Positions 56,815 through 64,000 of a DNA stretch of 64,000 nt are shown one piece after another. The notes beneath the pieces were generated by a model that did no database searches, was not told the origin of the DNA, and worked only from the letters and a program-made list of their open reading frames with translations. A program made the translations under genes and the position numbers. The DNA comes from Candidatus Bathyarchaeota archaeon (GTDB taxonomy: Archaea > Thermoproteota > Bathyarchaeia > 40CM-2-53-6). Within the stretch, counting starts at the first letter, position 1. Each line of letters begins with the position of its first letter. The DNA lies in the NCBI GenBank assembly GCA_963783645.1, contig CAWAOH010000019.1, positions 1,738 to 65,737 on the forward strand. The letters are read 5' to 3'.

Positions 56815-57366
56815 CTATTTTCTAATTCGCCTAGGGCCTCGTCCAAAAATCCAAGCGGCGGAGACCATTACGAGTAGAGACGCGAATTGAGATATCGAGT
56901 ATTGCCATATCTGGTCCAATCCCATCACTGACTTGCCAGTGTTCAAGAATGATTGGGCGAAATCATGTAGTTGTGAGATGTTGCTTGCACTGCTCATTCT
57001 AGTCCAGAACCAATCCGAGCCAATTATGTAAGGAATGTAAAGTACACAGACGAAGGCTGCAAGTGAGACCAGGATAACTCGCATAAGACGGAGGATGGAG
57101 AGAGTATCTTGCTCTGGTGCAGCGCGTCGAGGAAAAAGCGCGAACGACACTTCGAACCAGACAACGAACGAGACAAGCACAACACCCACAACAGGGAGCC
57201 ATTGGAGGGGAATCGAGAGTTTGACTGTTCCGAGCATGAATTCGTGAATCTTCAGTTCGAATCCTTTCGATGCTATGTACGCTAAGTAGAACCAATCCAA
57301 CAAGAATATTACTGCAGTAGTTCCGAGTACAGTCGAAAGTCTTGTTAATGTTGGATTCTTCGGCAC
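56815..57366 (-). CDS. Hypothetical membrane protein
   Basis: Four hydrophobic segments. Confidence 0.65.
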   Translation of the reverse strand: MPKNPTLTRLSTVLGTTAVIFLLDWFYLAYIASKGFELKIHEFMLGTVKLSIPLQWLPVVGVVLVSFVVWFEVSFALFPRRAAPEQDTLSILRLMRVILVSLAAFVCVLYIPYIIGSDWFWTRMSSASNISQLHDFAQSFLNTGKSVMGLDQIWQYSISQFASLLVMVSAAWIFGRGPRRIRK

Positions 57367-57456
57367 ACGCGCTTCCTTCTTGGCTGCGGGAAGTTTGCAT
57401 GGGATGCTATAAAGAATTGTTATCTCATAGCTGAACTAATCGTATGGCGGATAAGG

Positions 57457-59092
57457 ATGACTGGACGCACTGAAGCCGAAATAGTTGGTCGCGGCACCTG
57501 GCTAGACATGGTCGCTCATCGCATGCTCTTACGCGAGGAGAATATTGGGAGAAACGCACCGATTCTTAGAACAGAAAGCGGACTGGGCGCGTCTGGGATT
57601 CCGCACGTTGGAAGCTTAGGAGATGTCATAAGAGCTTACGGCGTGAAACTCGCGCTCGAAACGCAAGCTCGGAAGTCAGAATTCATTGCCTTCTCGGATG
57701 ATATGGACGGTCTAAGAAAAGTTCCAGCAGGCATGCCTGACTCGTTGAAGAAATATCTAGGTCATCCAGTCTCATCAATACCTGATCCTTACAATTGTCA
57801 CGGAAGCTATGCAGCTCACATGAACTCGCTTCTCCGAGACGCAATGGACAAATGTGGCGTTGAATACAATTTTCATTCTGCAACAGAAGATTATCGAAGA
57901 GGAGTATTCACAGATCAGATTAGAAAGATTCTGGTGGCTGCTGATCGTATAGGACGCATTGTGAAGGAAGAGGTTGGACAAGACAAGTACACAGTGATAC
58001 TGCCATATTTTCCTGTATGTGGTTCATGCGGAAGAATTTACACGACCCAGGCTCAGGAATTCAACATTAGCACGGACAAAGTCCTTTACTCTTGCGAAGG
58101 ATCTGGAGAGATCAGAGGGCAATCGATTGAGAGTTGCGGCTACAAAGGAGAAGTGGACGTTAAGGATGGGCAAGGTAAACTCCCATGGAAAGCAGAGTTT
58201 GCCGCAAGATGGGACGCACTAAAAATAAACTTCGAAGCGCATGGCAAGGAACTCACGGATTCAGTGCGGGTTAACGACCGTGTATGCCAGGAAGTTCTAA
58301 GCTATCCGCCCCCATTCCATGTTCGCTATGAATTATTCCTGGATAAGGGCGGAGAGAAGATTTCAAAATCGAAATCAGCTCTCGACGTAATTACCCCGCA
58401 GACTTGGTTCAAGTACGGACCACCCAGCGTCACTAAATCTGCTAATGTTCAAGCGAATTACTGGCGCTCGAAATTTAGGTGTGGAGGACATCCCAGGCTA
58501 CGTTAACGAGCTTCACTCTCTCGAGGACGTGTACTTCGGAGCTCATGCAATCTCAGACAATAAGGAATCTGCGAAATTGAAGGGTCTATTCGAGTACACT
58601 TATTTCCTTAAGCCTCCTGCGCGCCACTCATCTTACATACCATATAATCTGCTAGTCTATCTTGTGACTGTGGCTCCTCCTGATAAGCGCAGCGAGTATG
58701 TTGAAGCAAAGCTTCGCGAGTACGGTTACATCAAAACTGGACTGACATCAGACATAGAAGAAGAGCTGAACTATGCGACTAATTGGGCAGAGGATTTCAA
58801 AACAATAGCAGAGTCAACGATTCAACTGACTGGACCTCAACGCCTAGCCGTGGAGGATCTGGTCAGCATTGTAAGATCGGAGACGGATGAGAGAACACTT
58901 CAAAATTCGATCTTCAATCTTGCAAAGAAATACGCAATCGAGCCTCCAGATTTCTTCAAGCTGCTCTACACAATATTGCTTGGCGCACCAAAAGGACCTC
59001 GACTAGGGCCTTACATCAAAGCGATGGGAAGCGAGAACGTTGCTCGGGCGCTCGAGCGCACTGTGGGCACATCCAAACCAAGTCCGACATAA
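57457..59092 (+). CDS. lysS: Class I lysyl-tRNA synthetase (frameshift near 58430)
   Basis: SGIPHVG, FSDDMDGLRKVP, GKLPWK, KISKS and GPRLG. Confidence 0.96.
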
Positions 59093-59145
59093 ACGAACGG
59101 AAGCGCTGAACATACTTATCTAAGTTCAATAATCAGCTGATAGTC

Positions 59146-59259
59146 GGGCCCGTAGTCTAGTCAGGATCAGGACGCTGAGATCATCGCGTAAGCCTGCGGA
59201 CAGGTATATCCTGACAGCACAGCCGGAGGTCGAGGGTTCAAATCCCTCCGGGCCCGCCA
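59146..59259 (+). tRNA. tRNA-Arg(GCG) with two introns (59178-59191 at 29/30; 59200-59220 at 37/38), CCA encoded
   Basis: Acceptor GGGCCCG/CGGGCCC; T-arm GAGGG-TTCAAAT-CCCTC; removing both inserts gives anticodon arm CTGGC-CT-GCG-GA-GCCGG. Confidence 0.85.
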
Positions 59260-59515
59260 CGATTTTCATGATTCAAAACTCTTCACCACTACTGCAATGG
59301 TTACAATGGGCACTATTCTCGACACATCAAATCAGTGAACATTCCTATGGTTGGCGGAACAACTCTAAACGGTGAGCAATGGGTAAGTTTGACGACGCTG
59401 AGGACATTATGTCCCTTGGGTCGTATAGGAAAAAGAGGAACAAGCTAAGAAAACACTTCAGCCTCATAGTGTAGACTGAAGAGAGGCAGTGTTCGGAAGA
59501 GCTTACTCGCTAGAC

Positions 59516-59683
59516 TTAACGTCGCAAATAGTTTTGTCCGGGTTTTCTTCCCAAATCGATCCGTTTCTCTGCATTCCGTCGAGCTCTGATCTTCGGGATT
59601 GGAGAGTGTCTTTCGCGACCTTGAACCTTCGGAGTCTGGGACCGAACTTTCCCCGCCTTGGTTAACGAGCCGTGAGTTGGCAT
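59516..59683 (-). CDS. rps30e: 30S ribosomal protein S30e (below the ORF-track cutoff)
   Basis: Manual translation MPTHGSLTKAGKVRSQTPKVQ... Confidence 0.95.
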   Translation of the reverse strand: MPTHGSLTKAGKVRSQTPKVQGRERHSPIPKIRARRNAEKRIDLGRKPGQNYLRR

Positions 59684-59820
59684 CTTACCATCAACATGAT
59701 CCTATCGAGTAGCACCGTATTTAGCCTTTCCCGGGACAGCGAATGTTGCGTGTAATCGCTACGATCCTGACAATTCTTATATTGATTTGATCGGCGGCTA
59801 CGGAGCAATCTGGTGTGTAG

Positions 59821-59967
59821 ATGGGCAGATGCGGGTCATTCATGTGCGTAAGTCCTGCTCAATGGACTTGTTCTGAATGCGGCAGACCGTACTGTTTCTT
59901 TCATACAACCACGCATGGCCACGATCAGCAAATCATTATTGAACCAGAGTTCACCGTGAGCGCATAA
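59821..59967 (+). CDS. 48-aa zinc-finger microprotein (AN1/B-box-like)
   Basis: MGRCGSFMCVSPAQWTCSECGRPYCFFHTTTHGH... Confidence 0.65.
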   Translation: MGRCGSFMCVSPAQWTCSECGRPYCFFHTTTHGHDQQIIIEPEFTVSA

Positions 59968-59975
59968 AGTACTCA

Positions 59976-61446
59976 TCATGCGACGGCTATCTGGTCCTGG
60001 AAGAAGTACCGCGTCGCGCCTAGAGTCTGCACCTCCAGCGGGCGCACGTTAATTACCATGGGGAAGTTGCTGACCAAATCACCTACTGCTAGGCATCGAT
60101 GTGGTGGAAGATCGCGAACGATCATTCTGATCGTCTCAGCATCGAGTTTGGCGACCTTCGAGACGATTTCCAAGTCATGCTCGTTGGAGAAATTGAAGAG
60201 AAAAATATTATCTGCCTGCCGGTAGATGCCTCCATCAATTGTATCAGGCTGATTTGTAATGAACGTTGCAAAGAGTCCTAGATGGCGCATTCGTGTCACG
60301 ATATCATCCCAATACGTTTCTCGCAAGTACAGATGTGCCTCTTCCGCAAACAAGAAGATTCCATTCAGTCTGTGTGATGATAGTAGATCGGTTAACTTGC
60401 TAATGAGTAGCTCTACAGTTATTCGACGCAATGTGGAAGGTTGATTTTTCATGTTGACGACAAGCGCCACTCCGGAAGCGTGTTTACGGAATACCTCCTC
60501 GAGATTGAGGGCCGCTTGATGATCATTTGTGAAGATCCCTGAATCGTCAAGAGTGTTGAATCTCGCCTGAAGAGCATCTTTGATACTCTCATGACATTCA
60601 AAACTCGCGATCGCGGCGCCAAGCGCATTCATTGTCAATCCGTTTTGTTGTTCGAGTTGGTGCCATATTCTGGCGAAGACTCGTGACGAATTATCCGGTA
60701 GGGAAAGAGCGTGCACTAGGATTCCTAGGAATGTGCTGAGTCCTATCTCATCTAATGAGAATCGGAGGTTGACTCCTGGAATCAAAGGAAGTATTTTTGT
60801 GGACAGGTTGCTCTCTTCCGTCATGCGTCCGCCCTAGATTCACATATTCTCCGTTAACATCTAGTACTACCACTGGGGCGCCTTGCTTTACGAGAGTGGT
60901 GACGAGTAGTTTGCTAAGGTGGGATTTACCGGTTCCCTTTCGCCCAGTGATGACGTTCAGTCGCCCGTCAAGCGCGGAGAGATCACTTGTGATTATTGAC
61001 GATCGACGGGTCGAACCTAACTCGAATGGATGCTTGGCGGATAACGCTCCTGTCAGGAAGGTGGGCGACATTAATTCAACATGGGCATGAATTCTGGATG
61101 GCAACCATGAGACGTCGCGTGAGAGCCGGCCGTTCTGTAGTGCTCCGCGGATTTTTCCGACAAGCAATCGTGTATCTTTCAGGACTTCTATCTGTGAAGA
61201 TACTTTGAATGGATCGACATCTTCTCCTGTGAGAATGCCTTCCGATATTCCATCTCGGAGTAGATCTTCGAGGATTCCGGGTATGTTCGCGTATTGTACA
61301 TCTATTATTTGCGCGATGAGCGCTCGTTCTTTGGTTCCGTCCTTTATGAGAACGTAATCTCCTTTCTCAACATCCTCATCGAGGAAGCAGAGTAATTGAA
61401 TGCTGTCGCCTTCTTTTCTCAGAATTTTCAATGCCTTGTTTCCCAT
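59976..61446 (-). CDS. herA: HerA/FtsK-family ATPase (frameshift near 60810)
   Basis: N-terminal HAS-barrel-like region, GRKGTGKS, LDVNGEY, AEEAH and RMRHLG..TNQP. Confidence 0.9.
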
Positions 61447-62525
61447 CCAGTACCGAACGGACCGAATAGAGAACGCCGCAGGGCAAATTTCGGTAGGAGT
61501 TGAATGCCGAATCTTGCTGTTGCCATAGATTGAATTGCCAAGACGTCGCTTGCGGTGAATGTTGAAAGGATGTGAGCTAGTCTGAGTGTTTCTGGATAGC
61601 CCTGGTCGACGATATCTGTCCCAGTTAATTGTTTGACGGAAGCCACACAGTCTTCTGTTTGGACTTTGCGGTCAATATCGATTCTGAACGGAAACCCCGA
61701 TCGAGCCAATTTTCCAACGAATACTCGACCCATGAATTGAATTGGATATGCAGGGAATTGGCGCCTGATCCGCTTATCAACGTCAAGTAAGCAAGGTTCT
61801 GAGTTTTGCTCTAGTAGAGCTGTGATGGACTTGTCGTGTATTCGCAGTTGAGTGTTCTTGGAAATGGCGATCACGAGGTTGCCCGATCTACGAGCGATTT
61901 CTAAGAATTTCTCCATCTCTCCGACAGGGTTGTCTGGTGTCCCGGCGGTCAGTGATCCATCAATTAGAATTAGAGCGTCTGCGAGTGATCTGGTGATGCT
62001 TAGTTGAAGCCATCTCTCGAGTGAGTTTCTGACCCGTCTGAGAAGGATTTCAACATTGGATGCACCGGCGAAGGTTGCGATACCAAGCCCTGGAATCTGG
62101 TCGAGCCTTAATGAATTGCCAAGTGAGAAGACTAGCGGTCCATACCGTGTATACTTGTAGTGTTTTCCTTCAAGCGTGACTACGGCGCCGCGAAGCGCGC
62201 ATAATGATCCGTCCTCGAGCTCTCCAAGTCTAATTGTTGAAGTGTCAATTGCGGCGACCGGTCGGTTTGAGGGTGTTGGAGTTAATCGAATTATTTCGTT
62301 ATCGTCGACAGTTCCGACTTCTAGCGCACTGCACTCAGCATCGTAATTCCTTGGATTGAGTTGATCCGTTATGCTTGGTTCTGTGTAGAGGACTTCCCCT
62401 CTCTTGTTCTCTATGGATAATCTGCAGAATCTGAGGAACCTTTCTGGGAGTTCACCTATGCCCATCTGTTCTTGGCTGACGAAGTCGCTCATGCTTTGTT
62501 GAACAGTTGCAGATTGGTGACTCAC
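61428..62525 (-). CDS. nurA: NurA-family nuclease
   Basis: AAIDTS, LIDGSL, AISKNT and GYPETLRLAH. Confidence 0.85.
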   Translation of the reverse strand: MSHQSATVQQSMSDFVSQEQMGIGELPERFLRFCRLSIENKRGEVLYTEPSITDQLNPRNYDAECSALEVGTVDDNEIIRLTPTPSNRPVAAIDTSTIRLGELEDGSLCALRGAVVTLEGKHYKYTRYGPLVFSLGNSLRLDQIPGLGIATFAGASNVEILLRRVRNSLERWLQLSITRSLADALILIDGSLTAGTPDNPVGEMEKFLEIARRSGNLVIAISKNTQLRIHDKSITALLEQNSEPCLLDVDKRIRRQFPAYPIQFMGRVFVGKLARSGFPFRIDIDRKVQTEDCVASVKQLTGTDIVDQGYPETLRLAHILSTFTASDVLAIQSMATARFGIQLLPKFALRRSLFGPFGTGWETRH

Positions 62526-62543
62526 CGAGGTTCCTCTCTAGAG

Positions 62544-63050
62544 TTAAGTCCTGTCGGTTAGTTTGAGAGAATCTTCGAGTTCCATTAGTCCCTTCTGGGT
62601 TATTCGATAGTTTCCGCGATCGGTACGTTCTATTAACCCAATTTTTTGCATGTTGACGATTGTGTTGCGAATTGTCTTGGGTGCTTTGCTTACCGCAGTC
62701 GCGATCTCTTCTATATTCAACGAGTCGGAGGGACGCTTTGCGAACTTTGCAGCCAGGTGCGCCATGAATAGGACTATTGAGATCGATCTTTCGGCAGGTA
62801 ACTCGTTTCGAGTAAGGAGCAGTTGACTGCTGTTCGTCATCTTGGCGAATTCCGACACTCTATCGGCCAAGCCTGCCAGGTCTGGCACGTACATTAGTTT
62901 CCTTGCAAGATCATATGTCGGTATTGTGTGGGAGACGAAATGCAGTATTTGCGGAATTAATTCCTCAGCAGCCCCACTTGACTCGAAGTGGATTCCGTCG
63001 ATATCAATTTGAACTTTGACTTGTTTCGTTTGAATTTCTGACATAGTCAT
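62544..63050 (-). CDS. Winged-helix protein, paralog of 63047-63583
   Basis: EEIA..VSKAPKTIRN...GLIERTDRGNYRITQKG. Confidence 0.8.
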   Translation of the reverse strand: MTMSEIQTKQVKVQIDIDGIHFESSGAAEELIPQILHFVSHTIPTYDLARKLMYVPDLAGLADRVSEFAKMTNSSQLLLTRNELPAERSISIVLFMAHLAAKFAKRPSDSLNIEEIATAVSKAPKTIRNTIVNMQKIGLIERTDRGNYRITQKGLMELEDSLKLTDRT

Positions 63051-63583
63051 GCGGCTCCTTGATTCTTTCTCAGTTTTGGTAGAACCTGTTCTTGAAAGAT
63101 ATGCAATCCTAAGGTTGTTACGTGATATTCGCCCTTGCCTTTCCTTTCCGCCAAGCTTTCAGCGCATAACTCGCTGAGTCGTCCGGCCACTGTCCCGCTT
63201 GACCGCTTCGTTGCTGCAATGAGAGCAGATGCCTGGACGGTGTCACTCGTCGATTTGCCGGTCAACTCTGCCATTTTTTCTTTGGCCAAATGAAGCAAAA
63301 GCAATTCACGGTCAGCGAGCCCTTCGGTCGGCACGGTCACCACGACACCCTCCGGAGTGATAGCTACGATTCCCTCACAAGCATTGGCGAGTTTACTGAG
63401 ATCCACTGAGAGAACAAGGTGCGATGCGAGCTCGAGTTGTGGTATCAACGAGGTTAGGAAGGAAAGCACACTTTTTGCAACATCCTCGGGAGCGCCAGTG
63501 ATCTTTTTTTCTAAAGAACCGTAGCGTATTGTCACCTCTAAGGGATAACCTACGCTTGCTAGTTCCTGGGATCGTTCTGACAA
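63047..63583 (-). CDS. Winged-helix protein, paralog of 62544-63050
   Basis: SSGTVAGRLSEL..LAERKGKGEYHVTTLG. Confidence 0.8.
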   Translation of the reverse strand: MSERSQELASVGYPLEVTIRYGSLEKKITGAPEDVAKSVLSFLTSLIPQLELASHLVLSVDLSKLANACEGIVAITPEGVVVTVPTEGLADRELLLLHLAKEKMAELTGKSTSDTVQASALIAATKRSSGTVAGRLSELCAESLAERKGKGEYHVTTLGLHIFQEQVLPKLRKNQGAA

Positions 63584-63784
63584 GTTACCTTCATTTCAGT
63601 TACACTCTAGTCATAGTATAAAAGCATTGAAGTGCTGATTATTCTTGCAAGATGTTACTTTTGTAAGGGCACTATGTTTGTGCACAGAACAACACGATTG
63701 TGTTAGAATTGATGGTTCCGCTAGGTGTTACTTCATCTCGACTCAACACCATGCATGATGTCTCATGCTCGGTGACAGATTTTT

Positions 63785-64000
63785 ATGCCCAGTCCTATGC
63801 ATGTACCGTCAGAGATGCACTATAATGAGCTCAAACTTCTGGTCCTGAGGATATTCTCTGATCAGGGTTTGATGAATAGTTTGGCCGTTGCTGCGGGGTT
63901 GGGAGCTGCTGGGGTGGAGTTGGAGATGCATGCTGTTCGGATGGCGCTGATGCGGTATTACAAGCAGGGATTGTTGAGCCGTGAGAGGAAGTTAGGGATG
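63785..64000 (+). CDS. Winged-helix protein (partial, runs off the window end)
   Basis: Manual translation ...ELKLLVLRIF...HAVRMALMRYYKQGLLSRER. Confidence 0.65.
   Translation, partial: MPSPMHVPSEMHYNELKLLVLRIFSDQGLMNSLAVAAGLGAAGVELEMHAVRMALMRYYKQGLLSRERKLGM

Noticed and set aside
46886-59092. Frameshifts in polB, lysS and other genes across the window as programmed frameshifting or pseudogenes
   Set aside because: Indels hit essential genes throughout with no shared slippery motif; assembly error is the simpler explanation.
1226-61208. Numerous antisense or overlapping short ORFs in the track
   Set aside because: They are shadows of well-supported genes on other frames or strands and carry no recognisable motifs.
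59146-64000. Integrated element at tRNA-Arg carrying NurA-HerA
   Set aside because: rps30e lies between them, and I saw no duplicated tRNA 3' end or integrase.

Overview
Archaeal chromosome segment of TACK type, most consistent with Bathyarchaeia (rps25e, rps30e, PolB1, class I LysRS, thermosome, cofE, AspRS-like asparagine synthetase). The lineage is inferred from gene content only. Single-base indels split many genes, including essential ones (polB, lysS), so most frameshifts are probably assembly errors. From 1 to ~13 kb the window is accessory: a C45/Ntn-hydrolase gene flanked by a GT-rich palindromic repeat family, a casposase (Cas1) C-terminal remnant, an IS605 end remnant, a RelE-type toxin-antitoxin pair and long non-coding hairpins. 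From ~14.7 to 31.6 kb is a cell-surface locus: a ~1550-aa PEF-CTERM protein, a receptor-like ectodomain-TM-KaiC ATPase fusion, an M6 protease, further PEF/PGF-tagged proteins and an archaeosortase. From ~32 to 59 kb is mostly housekeeping, with a tnpB-only IS200/IS605 element and a candidate structured ncRNA. The right end holds a two-intron tRNA-Arg(GCG), rps30e, a zinc-finger microprotein and a wHTH-wHTH-NurA-HerA operon without adjacent mre11/rad50.
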